From the NCBI GenBank assembly GCA_951406725.2, contig OX597816.1:93496001-93560000 (forward strand): a DNA stretch of 64,000 bases, in the 5' to 3' direction. This DNA is from Octopus vulgaris (taxonomy: Eukaryota). The notes below the pieces were generated by a model that was not told the origin of the DNA, ran no database searches, and saw only the letters and a program-made list of their open reading frames with translations. Positions 39,006 to 51,633 of the stretch are shown one piece after another (position 1 is the first letter of the stretch; every line of letters starts with the position of its first letter). The position numbers and the translations under genes are program-made.

Positions 39006-39894
39006 TGCTTTGGCCATACCAGATAATGTCTGTAGACCTGCATTCTCGATACTTGAAAAGCTGGTAGGATGGTCACGGCTGGAAGACCTTAACTCATAGA
39101 TCAGCTCCCTGGGGCTAAGCAACAACAAAAGCACCCACGAAGTGGCTTTAACTTTATGGTCGTTGTTGTTTGGTCCTAGGTCTACTCAATCAGAGCAGAC
39201 CTTCGATAAAGGGTATTCCAGCCATGACCATTATATATAATATGTTCTTTATTAAAAACATCTGGGTATGGCATGAAGGAGATTTAGCTACTGTTTTTAG
39301 TAGATCATGCAACTGTATAAAGCAGTGCTTCTCATTTTTTTTTGTTAGATATCCGTCTATATTTTACAAAGTTTTTTAACGTCCTACCACCACCACCACC
39401 ACCACCACCACCACCACCTTGCTGCAAAAATGATGACGAAGCGTGGGCGGGAGTCATCGTTTTTAATATATCCCACACGCTACCATTTTTAATGTACATA
39501 CATGTAATAGCAGGTCAGAGTCATTAAGTTCCAGGTATTGGTTTGAGGCAGGGTGGGAGACTACTCGCCACACCACAACCCTCCCGTAAGTGAATATTAC
39601 AAGAAGAGGTAGTATATATTCGAATTTGAGCATACCTAAGCAAGTGTACTTCTCCCCTACTGACTTTATTTCATCATACCTTTGAGATCACGATTATATC
39701 AGAATTTAATGTGAAAAAAGAAAGTGTGGACGCGCACACATACATACTAACACACATCACATAATGTTTTCAAAACTTCAAATTTCGTTATGTCGATATA
39801 TATATGTGATGTGTGTCTGTGTGTACGTAAGCAGTTCCACCTTTGGATTTTTTCATTTTAAATTCCGGTACTATCGGAATTTACATCATCTGAA

Positions 39895-40220
39895 AGGTTC
39901 TGGGTTCAATCCCACTGCGTGGTACCTTCGGCAAGCGTCTTCTACTATAGCTTTGAGTAGTCCAAAGCCTTGTGAGTGGATTTAGTAGACGGAAACTGAA
40001 AAACCGTCATGTGAGTGTGTGTTGTGTTGTGTGTTGTGTGAGTGAGTGTGTGTGTGTGTTGGGGGGCGTTTGTTCTCCACTACCAATTGAATAAGTACTC
40101 GATTGAAAAATAAATAAATAAGTACTGGGGTCTATTAATTCAACAAAAATTCTTCAAGGTAGTGCACCAGCATGGTCGCAGTCAAATGACTGAAAAGAGC
40201 AAATGATAAAAGATGAAAGA
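39895..40220 (+). mobile_element. SINE family B, degenerate
   Basis: GGTTCTGGGTTCAATCCCACTGCGTGG...CCTTGTGAGTGGATTT...CAAATGACTGAAAAGAG. Confidence 0.7.
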
Positions 40221-40324
40221 TTTTTCTGAAAGTTATGAGGAAAATAAGTCGGAGTGGTGGCTATACCCGGTTTTGTTTATCTATTTATTCATATTTCTCA
40301 GTCTGTTATTATTCTTCATGTTAA

Positions 40325-40661
40325 AGAAGCGAGCTGGTTGAATCGTTAACACGCCGGACTCAATGCTTAGCGGCGTTTCGTCCGGCTTTACGTTAAAAGT
40401 TCAAATTCCGCCGAGGTCAACTTTGCTTTTCATTCTTTCGAGGTCGATGAAATAAGTACCAATCAGGCACTGGGGTCAATGTAATCGACTTAGACCCTCC
40501 CCAGAAATTCTTGCCCTTGTGCCAAAATTTGAAAGCATAATGTGGCTAGCTGGCAAAATCGTTAGAACGCTGATCAAAATGCTTAGAGACATTTCGTCCG
40601 TCTGTTCAAATTCCGCCGAGGTCGACTTTGCTTTTTATCTTTTCGGGTGGATAAAATAAGT
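40325..40661 (+). mobile_element. SINE family A, two adjacent copies
   Basis: GCGAGCTGG...GTTCAAATTCCGCCGAGGTC core occurs twice. Confidence 0.7.
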
Positions 40662-40662
40662 A

Positions 40663-41592
40663 GGGGAGACCGGGTCTAGTTGTTACGTTTTTCATTTTTT
40701 TTGCCTTGGCACCCACATAAATGAGCACAACTGAAGTTTCTTTTCAGGTTTAATTAGTAAAACATCTCTATTTATTGTTATCATCAGCAAAAAACAGAAA
40801 TTACATAACATTAATTAGACAGGTTCTAATTAATGAGGTAGTGTCAGCTGTAACAATTTTCCCCGAGTGCGGGGTACGTTGTGACACTTACTGGGGTACT
40901 TTGTTACAACTGTCGATAACTTGGAGTTATGTTAACAAACAAGTTTAAAATGAATACGTCGCCTGCTTCTTGCATATAGGAAGTATTAATTTAATTAATT
41001 AACTGTACTTTGAACCACTTCATATCCTAACTGTGATACTGAGGGTCCTCATCAGCCAATTTCCCCATTGTTACATGTGCTATCTAGTCGGAATCGTTCT
41101 CCATTAACTTCTCACCACACAGATCACACAGAAAGTCCTGTCGTCCATCGGTACAGTCAGCGTTTGCCCAGTCTTTACAGATCATGCATTGCACCCATTC
41201 TTCACCTGGAAGGGAGTTGGAATATCAATCTGAGCAGACAAGGCATTTTCAATCGGCGAATTGCTTGCTGCGAGGCTGCTTTCCTTTACCTTTACCTGTT
41301 TTAGTTGACTTTCCCTTCCCCTTTGTTGCCCTTTCTGTACCAGTTGCCCTCTTTGGTTTGGATTTCCGTTCGTTTATTTCATCCACTATGCGCTGTTTTA
41401 CGGCAACATCCCGTAATGATTTCTTTTCACCCACAACTTTTCTAGCGTCTCTTTCCATGATATCAGGAGGGGTATACCCCCCTTTTAGTTTTCCTTTTGT
41501 AATTTCTAGGCAAGGCATGTTAAACTGAAACAGAGGGGGTAAGTTGTTATATGCCTGGGGTAAGTTGATACACTGTAACAATTAGCCCCGGC
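40663..41592 (-). mobile_element. pogo/Fot1-like DNA transposon deletion derivative
   Basis: TA|GGGGAGACCGGGTCTAGTTGTTAC versus GTAACAATTAGCCCCGG (TIR), with subterminal GGGGTA..TTGT repeats. Minus-strand translation joins an HTH-psq-like start (YTPPDIMERDARKVVGEKKSLRDVA) to a PHD-like end (CLVC...EEWVQCMIC...C...FLCDLC). Confidence 0.7.
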
Positions 41593-41604
41593 CATGGATT
41601 TCTG

Positions 41605-41765
41605 GGAATTGAAACCACCAACAACAATGTGACCGGCTGCACAAGAGTCGCAATAACCGAGTACAAAAGCAGACATGACAGAATAGGACGGAACATCTGT
41701 CGTCGTTAAGACATTCCTCTTCCTAAAAACTGGTATGAACATCATCCGAAAAAACTTATTCTTGT
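41605..41765 (+). pseudogene. R4/Dong-like LINE zinc-knuckle fragment
   Basis: VTGCTRVAITEYKSRHDRIG...IPLPKNWYEHHP. Confidence 0.6.
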
Positions 41766-41910
41766 AGATGCACACCTATCATACACACACACACACATAT
41801 ACACGCAATCACATACACACATATATATATACAAGTGCATATATATATATATACATACACATACACATACATATACATAGGTATATATATGTGTGTGTAT
41901 GTAGACATAC

Positions 41911-41963
<53 letters not shown>

Positions 41964-41965
<2 letters not shown>

Positions 41966-42262
41966 GAGGTGCAATGGCCCAGTGCTTAGGGCAGCGGACA
42001 CGCGGTTGTAGGATCGCGGTTTCGATTCCCAGACCGGGCGTTGTGTGTGTTTATTGGGCGAAAACACCTAAAAGCTCCACGACGCTCCGGCAGGGGGTGG
42101 TGATCCCTGCTGTACTCTTTCACCACTCTTTCTCTCACTTTTTCGTCTTTCGTCTGTTGGCCTGCTCGCTTAGCCAGCGGGGTGGCGTCATTCGAAGGCT
42201 AAAACAATGCGAACGCATTGTGACCAGCGATGTGTAGCAACATCTGATGGTCTGGTCGGTCA
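41964..42262 (+). mobile_element. SINE family C variant
   Basis: GGAGGTGCAATGGCCCAGTGCTTAGGGC...GGTTTCGATTCCC tRNA-like head; AAACACCTAAA..CTCCACG shared with 15279. Confidence 0.7.
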
Positions 42263-42694
42263 CACAAACACAATCTGCACAGATAATATGCATACACAAC
42301 ATACTAGCTCACATGCACACACCCACACCTACCCCCCTCACACACACAGATACATATATGCGAGTTTATATCAGCATGGTTTAAAATCCATACATACATA
42401 CTCAGCAGAATTCAATGGCTACTTTGCATTTCGTATCTCACCAGCATGCTAAATTATGTATTAGACAAAGTAATGAGTTCAATATAATTCACAAAATCTC
42501 TGGAAGGCGCTACACCCACCTGCATGGTCCAATGATGCATTGCATCAAAATATATATATATATATATAACTCAACTTGTGTGTCTGTATGTGTATCTGTG
42601 TGTGTGTCTGTGTGTTTAACTTCCCGGCACATCCCCTCCTAGCCAACAAATCGTAGAACCACCTGAAACTCTCCCCTGAAATCCCCGTTGAGAA

Positions 42695-42824
<130 letters not shown>

Positions 42825-42873
42825 AAACAAGTAAAAAATAGAAAATGCTAAAATAATTTTATAGTGAACATTT

Positions 42874-42912
42874 CAGTACCGGTTTCGGTCATTTTGAGAC
42901 CTTTTCAACTGT
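42874..42912 (-). ncRNA. minimal hammerhead-like motif with U3-A8 core variant
   Basis: Minus strand CAG-TTGAAAA-GGTC(TCAAAAT)GACC-GAAA-CCGG-TA-CTG, with palindromic ACCGGT at stem III. Confidence 0.55.
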
Positions 42913-43101
42913 AACGATTAAATAATTAAATTTAGAAAAATTAGAAGAAAAGTTTTTTTAAAAGAATATTTCTATAGTAGTGTTCAGATTTAAGTGGCAT
43001 TCTGCCTTTCTCTGACTCCCTTGTTTGCACTTGTGTGTTCGAGGTAGTTGTGAGTTCTTGGTAGGGTAGTAGAGGGAAGGCTGGTGAGGAAAGGGGGATG
43101 C

Positions 43102-43203
<102 letters not shown>

Positions 43204-43299
43204 GTATATACTTCAGAGATGTTGCACACCTAATTTTCACTAATATTATTTCTATAGATAGATGTACAATAAATCGACAATGTCTATAATATATTTAAG

Positions 43300-43530
43300 A
43301 CAGTGAGCAGGCAGAATCGTTAGCATATCGGGCGAAATGCTTAGCACGTCGGGCGAAATGCGTAGCAGCATTTCGTCTATTTTCACGCTCTGAGTTCAAA
43401 TTCTGCCGAGGTTGATTTTGCCTTTGATTCTTTCGGGGTCAATAAAATAAGTACCAATCGAACACGGGTCGATGTAATCGACTTACCTTCTTCCTCGAAA
43501 CTATTGGCCTTGTACGAAAATTTGAAACCC
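43300..43530 (+). mobile_element. SINE family A with internal duplication
   Basis: TAGCA..TCGGGCGAAATGC is duplicated in the head, followed by the core and a tail-2 variant. Confidence 0.7.
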
Positions 43531-44631
43531 ATTTTTATTGCATAATTACGTCAATACCACATTTCAATTTGCGAGCAACAAATGCATGGACTCTACAGTG
43601 GAAATACTACTGACAGTGCCATCTTGGTTGAGATGTGGTAGGTTGGAAGATTCTGCAAAGTTCCATAAGATCTTCTTTGCGATAGACCAGAATGTTCTTA
43701 CACCTAATTATGGAAGCAGGAGAGCTTGCAGGATATGATGCCAAGTGGAATTATTTGTTGTCAGGTTGGTTGTCTCTCAGGTGTTGTGACAGTAGCTAAG
43801 AGGTGTGAGGTGTATTGCATTGATTAAGTAGCAGAAGGCGGCGAGCGAGCAAAAATCGTTAGCACGTCACTGGACAAAATGTTTAGCGCCATTTCTTCCG
43901 GTTTAACATCCCGAGTTCAAAACAAGTACCAGTTGAGTACTTGGGTCGATGTAACTGACTGACCCCTTTCCCTAAAATCTCGAGCCTTATGCATATAGTA
44001 GAAAGAACTGAATAAGCAATGGTCAGGAAATCCAAAATGGGGAAGATACGGCAATTGCTGTGTAAAAGCTGAATTTAGAAGAGACAACTCGAGAATGTTT
44101 GTCGTGACTATTGCAGTTTAAGATATGGGTAGGTGACTATTATACGGTAGATGTTTTTGAATATCAACAGCACTGATTACAAACATTAGAAAGGGCAAAA
44201 AAAACTGTAATATTGATTGTTTCTAAACCTACGAATACCTCCAGTCCAGTTAAATGTGGAACGAGAGTGACGTTTCCCATTCAAACAACTGATTTTCATA
44301 TTATTAGGTCATGCCAAGAGCAATTCTAATAAAATAAAACCATAAAAAAAAAATTACCCAGCTGAACCTAATAAGGATTTAATAAGGAACTTAATAACAT
44401 TTAAGCTCAGAGTAATATAAAAAGTATTATAAATTTTTGCAGACTAACTAAATTAAAAACAACCCGGAGCATGTATTTCAAAATACCTTACTACCTACTT
44501 ACATACATACATACATACATACATCATACATACATACATCATACATACATACATCATACATACATATATCATACATACATACATACATACATATAAAAAT
44601 GTATTTATAAATATATGCATATATGAATGTA

Positions 44632-44689
<58 letters not shown>

Positions 44690-44917
44690 ATATATAAAGA
44701 AAAACATATATAGACATACATAAACATATATGTGTGTGTGTATATATATATATACATATATATGTATGTATTACCGGTAAAGGTTTTAGTTGCCAATTCT
44801 CTACAAGACATTGTAGATCTTTAGCTAGGCTAAAAAGTCACAGTCGATCACAGCACCAGTAACAATTAAGCTTCGAGCAATGGCCATACTCGATAACGAG
44901 GGGGCAGCCATAATAAT

Positions 44918-45020
<103 letters not shown>

Positions 45021-45237
45021 CATGCTGCATACAGACATACATACATAATTATGTATATACGCTAAATCCACAAGTTTGTTTTCAAATTCTCTCTCTGTTT
45101 ATTTTCTCTTATTCCTTCCCATTGGAGAGCGTAGGTTCGGAACTTACAAGACTTTCTTACTTTTCCCAGTGTCACACTAATACACCTGCTTGTTGTTCAT
45201 ACACCTGTCTTCGTCTTTTGTTTTTCTATGAATTTCA

Positions 45238-45297
<60 letters not shown>

Positions 45298-45299
<2 letters not shown>

Positions 45300-45673
45300 C
45301 GCAGGAGTGGCTGTGAGGTAAATAGCTTGCTAACCAACCACATGGTTCCGGGTTCAGTCCCACTGCGTGGCATCTTGGGCAAGTGTCTTCTGCCGACCAA
45401 TGCTTGAGTGGATTTGGTAGACGGAAACTGAAAGAAGCCTGTCGTATATATGTATGTGTGTGTGTTTGTGTGTCTGTGTTTGTCCCCCTAGCATTGCTTG
45501 ACAACCGATGCTGGTGTGTTTACGTCCCCGTCACTTAGCAGTTCGGCAAAAGAGACCGATAGAATAAGTACTGGGCTTACAAAGAATAAGACCCGGGGTC
45601 GATTTGCTCGACTAAAGGCGGTGCTCCAGCATGGCCTCAGTCAAATGACTGAAACAAATAAAAGAGAAAAGAG
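45298..45673 (+). mobile_element. SINE family B
   Basis: GGCGCAGGAGTGGCTGTG...CAAATGACTGAAACAAATAAAAGAG. Confidence 0.88.
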
Positions 45674-45706
45674 TAATTATATATATACATACATATATAT
45701 GTGTGT

Positions 45707-45737
<31 letters not shown>

Positions 45738-46457
45738 CATATATATACATATGCATCTATGTATGTGTGTATGTATGTATGTATGTATGTATGTATGTAT
45801 GTATGTATGTATGTATACTAATACATGATGTGTTGTTTTATGGACAGAAGGAGAAGTATTTAGCTTCATTAAATATAAACATATATTTGGGGAAGAAATA
45901 GGTAGAAGATGGATAAAGCAATTCTTAAATAGATGAAACATTGAACACAACGAAATACTTATTACTTTAGCTTTTCTTATTGCTATATACAAAATTTTAT
46001 ACAACATTCCCTAAACAGGAAAATTTGAGTCAATCTATACCTGTGTCAGCAAATATTTTCGTAAATATTATATTTTCCTAGGTAGGATGCTTGTGACATC
46101 CTTAGCACAGTAAAAGTACGAATAATCTCCATCTTGTTCGAGGGCAACATACACCTGACCACGAGTGAACTCTATATTAAGGAGATAAAAATAAAGAATA
46201 AAATACAGGTAGAGAGAGGGAGGGGGAGAAAGGGACAGAGAAAAATGAACGGAAAAGAGAAGAAAAGTAGGAAGAAAGGAAACCAAAAGAAGAGTTTAAG
46301 AAGAAAAGAAGAATAGAAGAAAAAGAGAAAGAAAAAGAAAAAGACAACGAAAGAAAAAAAGAAAAGGAAAGAAAGAGAAGGGAAAGAAAAGAAAGACTGA
46401 AAAAGAGAAAAGCACTGGTAAAATTTGAAACCATAAATATTATTATTATTATTATTA

Positions 46458-46546
<89 letters not shown>

Positions 46547-46626
46547 TAGTTTAATTTTTATAGCGTGCTTTGACTTCACTACCGAGCGCAGCTCAGTGTG
46601 CCTTAGGTATGTACTGTGATTTGTTG

Positions 46627-46675
<49 letters not shown>

Positions 46676-48585
46676 GCCTTTGCACAACTTCTAACGCTGG
46701 AGATGTACTACGGTGTCAGCTGTTCACTACCAGTGAACTGAGGTAACACTTCTTATTTTTCGAGCACCTTCCGGAGTAATCGAGCGGTTCCAAGCAGTGC
46801 TGTTTTCCGTAAATGCTCCACCCTTATTGCAGCCCCTATTTGTTCCATGTATCAGGTCATCCCATAAGTTCTGTCCGAATTTTGAATAAAGAAAACAAGT
46901 GATCAAATGGTATATTTAATTGAAATTTAATCATCAATGTACTTTACCTGATTATCTATGACTTCCTTCCATCTATTTACAAGCTCTTTAATCCCTTCAA
47001 TGTAAAAATCTTTTGGTTTCAAAGCGAAGAACTCTGAAATGTCAGTTTCGACCTCCTCCTGGCCTCCGAAAGTTATGTCCCCCAATTGATTCTGTAAACT
47101 ACGAAACAAATGATAGTTTGAAGGATCAAGGTCGGGAGAATAAGGTGGATGAGGAATTTTTCCCAACTAAGCTCTTCGATCTTCTGTAATGCGATCTCTG
47201 CAGTGTGGGGTTGCGCATTGTCCTGATGAAACATCACTCCTTTTTGATTCCTATTTCATCGACCACAACTGCTTAACCTCCCAAGTTAACCTGTCATATC
47301 TCTCGACATTTCTTTCTTCCTTATCGCATGTCAGCTGGGCATGCTATATCTATTATCCAGCATAGTTTGTTTTCTTCCTCAATTAAGGCTATGTCCGGTT
47401 TCCTATTCTCTATCTCATGGTCGTACTGAATCATAATCCCACAGGATTTTTGCATTATCATTTTTGATGATGCCTTCGGGTTTGTGGTCGTATCAATTTT
47501 TTTCTCTGTCAAGACCATAATTGTTGCAAAGCGTCCAATGGACAAGCCTGGCTATATTGTCGTGGCATATCTTATATTCCTTCTGAGCTAGTGGCGTACA
47601 TTAGCTGGCAATATGCCATACGGTTTCACTATTTTGTCCACAAATTCTGCACTTATCACTTTCTGGTGTGTTGTCTACTCTGTATTTTATGTAATTTGTC
47701 CTTCGTGCTTGCTCTTGGGCAGCACAGATTACAGCCTCCGTTTCCGGTTTTAAATCACTTTTAGTCATCCACAGCTATCTTTTTTCTGTCTATCTTATCT
47801 TCAACATCCCTATGAAATTGTTCATGCATTCTTTTACTTACCCATCTATTTTCAGTTTCATTCGTTTTCAATTGCTTGTACAGTACTTTATCTTTGCAAT
47901 CTTTCGTCTTGTACAAGTCTGACCTTCTTACTTCTAATAATAGTGGTTCTGTGGCATTTTTTTTACATACCATGGTATGTTGTTTTCTTCTGCTCTAACG
48001 CTGTGTTCGCATCCAATAAGTCCTCTTCTCCCTCTTTTTCTTGGTACATACAGTCTGTCTGTATCACTTTTTGGGTGGAGTGACCCATACCTAGTTAGCA
48101 ACTTCCTTGTCTTTCTCTCTAAGCTGTTTAGTTCGTCTACTGTCCATGCGGTTACCCCTGCTCCATATCTCAGGAGTGAAACCTCACAGGTGTTGATAGC
48201 TTCAATTTTATTCCGTCCATTTAATTTCGACTTAAGAATCAGTCTCAGTCTGCGCAAGTACTGCACCTTACATTTTTCTGTCATTTTTCTCCTTCAATTT
48301 TTCCATTTCCAAAATCCCCAAGTACCTATAGCCCGTCTCTTCTATCTACTTCATAACCTCCCCCGACGGTATCGATAGCCCGTCCATACATTTGATTTTG
48401 CCTCTCTTCAAGTCTAACATACCACACTTTCTCAGTTCGAACTCCATTCTGATATCAGCACTGAAAGTATACATCGTATCAACGAGGAAATTGACTTGGG
48501 CTTCATCTTTACCATAAAGCTTAAGGTCATCCATGAATAACAAATGGTTGACTTTTTGATGGCGGCTTTTCAATACATACCCAGC
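46676..48585 (-). mobile_element. R4/Dong-clade non-LTR retrotransposon, 5'-truncated and decayed
   Basis: NHLLFMDDLKLY (RT), RLYVPRKRGRRGL, LKPETEAVICAAQEQ, CRIC..ETVWHI (CCHC), RKPDIALI..IIDIACPAD (RLE) and C-terminus LRKTALLGTARLLRKVLEK*. (TAA)n on both sides. Confidence 0.88.
46852..47250 (-). mobile_element. mariner 3' fragment nested in the R4/Dong element
   Basis: TA|TCAGGTCATCCCATAAGTTCTGTCCG terminus; VMFHQDNAQPH and HPPYSPDLDPSNYHLFRSLQN. Confidence 0.85.
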
Positions 48586-48636
48586 TTATTATTATTATCA
48601 TTATTATTATTGTTGTTGTTGTTGTTGTTGTTGTTA

Positions 48637-48913
48637 AGCTTGGTACTTACTGAATCAGTCTCTTTTACCGAACCACTAAGTTACGGGAACATAAACACAC
48701 CAACGCCGGTTGTCAAGCGGCGGCGAAGGAACACAAACACACACACGGGTGGATGGACCTCTTTCAGTTGCCGTCAACCAAATCCACTCACAAGGCTTTG
48801 GTCGACCCAAGGCTATATTAGAAGACACATGCCTAAGTGCCTCACAGTGAGATTGAACACGGAATCATGTGATTGGGAAGCAAGTTTCTTACCACACAGC
48901 CACACCAGTGCCT
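48637..48913 (-). mobile_element. SINE family B
   Basis: AAATCCACTCACAAGGCTTTGGTCG...CTTACCACACAGCCACACCAGTGCC. Confidence 0.75.
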
Positions 48914-48991
48914 ATATATATATATACATATATACATGTGTATATACATATATATGCACATGCATAAATCTGCACACTCATACATATATAA

Positions 48992-49032
<41 letters not shown>

Positions 49033-50079
49033 AATATATGTATACACACGCACATGTGCACTCCAACGTATTTTATTTCAGAGTGACTAAATATTATTTG
49101 TCACCTCAGTCCAATCGTAAAGAAAGTGAATGAATTTAATTTGATTTGTCGACTCGTGCACTAATTCATTCTTGCGAACTTTTCAACGCAGACCAGTCTG
49201 ACACAACAGGAATAACTTCTGACGTCAAAAGCTCTTTGCTTTCGTAAAAACGCACCGAGTTCAGTTATAATTATTTCGTGCCTGATTGAACGTCCCACTT
49301 TTTTTCACCATCCTACACATTTTTTGTGTTATTTTCCAAACCAACCAAACAAAACAGGGATCAATAACAAAGCAACAGAATTCACATGGTTCCATATGAT
49401 TCCACAGTTACAGAGAGGGCTATTCGCCATTTTAATTTGGGGTTTCTAGTTGGCCAAATCACCGAGTTCATTAAGCCATTTCTATCCGTTCTTTATAGAC
49501 TTCGATCGCTTTGACAAATTGTCTGTCGGTTTCATTTTCATGACTGTCATTGGTAGTACATTTAACAATCCTACATTTCACAATTGTATGTTGGTAGATC
49601 TTTTATATTCTTCGTATTTGCTGATCCCAATCTAATGAACATTATTATCAAACAGAGTTTTTTTTGTTTTCAGTTTTGCTGACAATTTCCGTCTTGATAT
49701 CAGACGGAACAAAGTCAGCCATCACGTAAGACTATTAATGTTTAAAGAACGCAATTTCAAACGCTGTTAGTCATTTCTTTCTTTTCAATTCGTTAGTTTA
49801 TACAATCGATACAAACAAGTAATAGACCGAATGAATGAAACTGTGATTTTGGTACGAGTAATATGAAGCATCTTACATATAATTGATTAAATATATCAGA
49901 CCCTATATATTTTAACATAGAGGTGTATTGTGTACTTTAATAATACGTACATACATATTTACATACTTTTCTACATACGTATAAATACACATACACATCA
50001 TAAATACACTTAGACAGATGTACAAACACACAGACAAATAAGCAGACAGGTTGACACGTACACACACACAGACACACAC

Positions 50080-50443
50080 AACTTAATATAAACAGCTAGG
50101 TGCAATGTGATGCCACAAAGAAAAACTACAATCGTCACTGAACGTGACTAAGGGTGTCAAGACACCTACATTACTAGAAATAAGTTAAAATGCTCTTAAC
50201 GATGTAGGAAAAACACATAGATGTATAATTATATACTGACAGAGGTTACAATCGCCCCAAACACCGACTCGAGGATTCCTCAGATTGAACGTCCAGTTTC
50301 GGCTATTTCCGTAGCCTTCATCAGTAATGACTGCTCGTTCGGCAGATTTCGGGCCAATCGTGACACCTTTAGTCACGTTCAGTAGTGACGATTGTATTTT
50401 TCCGTTATGGTATCACATTGCACCTAGCTGTTTATATTAAGTT
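50080..50443. repeat. ~80-bp inverted repeat enclosing a degenerate hammerhead (Penelope-like module)
   Basis: 50080-50159 versus 50361-50443. Minus-strand CTGATGA-AGGCTA(CGGAAA)TAGCC-GAAAC at ~50283-50330. Confidence 0.7.
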
Positions 50444-50452
50444 TTGTATACA

Positions 50453-50518
<66 letters not shown>

Positions 50519-50569
50519 AATATTAAATTTCTAAATATCTCATAGAGATATGTGCGGTGGTGGAGCGAT

Positions 50570-50866
50570 AGAGTGGCTGTATACTGTCAATTTAACGTGA
50601 CAGTCCCATTTAGCCCTAGGAAGCATCGACGCTTCCTGTCGGCCTTGACACATTTCCTGTGTCCTTATATATTTACGAAGGAGAGACAAACACCCCCAAC
50701 AGCAGGCCTAGCTATTGGGGGTGTTTGTCTCCCCTTCGTAAATATATAAGGACACAGGAAATGTGTCAAGGCCGACAGGAAGCGTCGATGCTCCTTGAGC
50801 TAAATGGCGGTGCTGTAATTCCCTTTACGGGACTGTCACGTTAAGTTGACTGTATACAACCACTCT
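50570..50866. mobile_element. ~300-bp fold-back palindrome (MITE-like)
   Basis: Arms pair nearly base for base (e.g. AGCATCGACGCTTCCTGTCGGCCTTGACACATTTCCTGTGTCCTTATATATTTACGAAGG and its reverse complement) around a short loop near 50705. The left arm has an internal deletion. Confidence 0.85.
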
Positions 50867-50919
50867 CTCTCTCTCTCTCTCTATATATGTTTATATATAT
50901 GCATATGTTCTATTTTATT

Positions 50920-50987
<68 letters not shown>

Positions 50988-51236
50988 GTAGGATAAAATT
51001 TTTTCGAAAAACATGTTATCAATGGCCAGCATATTAAAAAATACCTTTAAAGGTTAAATTATAAACAACTTATAAATAAGGGCAAACGAGTGCCTCAGTT
51101 CAAATCGCATGTGTCTTGAAATGGGCTGGAGTATTTCTATTTTGGATTTATTTGGGGTACTTAGTTGTGCTCATGACTTAGTGTTTGCTTCTTCCATGGG
51201 TATCAGTAAGTATCTCATTTACTTCTTTGCCACATG

Positions 51237-51290
51237 TATCACTGACGAAGGGAGGGTTCTTTTTGAACTAACCCTGAAATCGGTCCGATA
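51237..51290 (+). ncRNA. minimal hammerhead ribozyme motif
   Basis: TATCA-CTGACGA-AGGG...CCCT-GAAA-TCG-GTC-CGATA with a GUC triplet and one stem-I mismatch. Lies within a 23-bp inverted repeat (51065-51087 / 51422-51444). Confidence 0.6.
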
Positions 51291-51583
51291 TGGTAATAAT
51301 GGAATTTTTTAGAGATTTCTGTCGACCTTTTTTCGAGTAGCGTGCGTACTGGGAAAATAAATTATATGGTAAATGGACAGTATGTCCAATTTTCGGCATA
51401 TTTGGCATTAGAACTTTTTTAGTTTGCCCTTATTTATAAGTTGTATATATATATATATATATAAAGTTAATCCAAACAAGAAAGAACAAAAAAACACAAC
51501 AACGCGAGAACGTGGAACAAATATAGTATTATTGGAACAAATATAGTATTACATATATATATAATATATAGAATTAAATTAAC

Positions 51584-51629
<46 letters not shown>

Positions 51630-51633
<4 letters not shown>

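Noticed and set aside
43550-43790. Possible CR1-like LINE linker fragment on the minus strand (RTFWSIAKKI...DG)
   Set aside because: Too short and degenerate to call with confidence.
45110-45155. TTGGAGAGCGTAGGTTCGGAAC, a hammerhead-like arrangement
   Set aside because: Both core boxes are mutated, so it is at best a dead copy.
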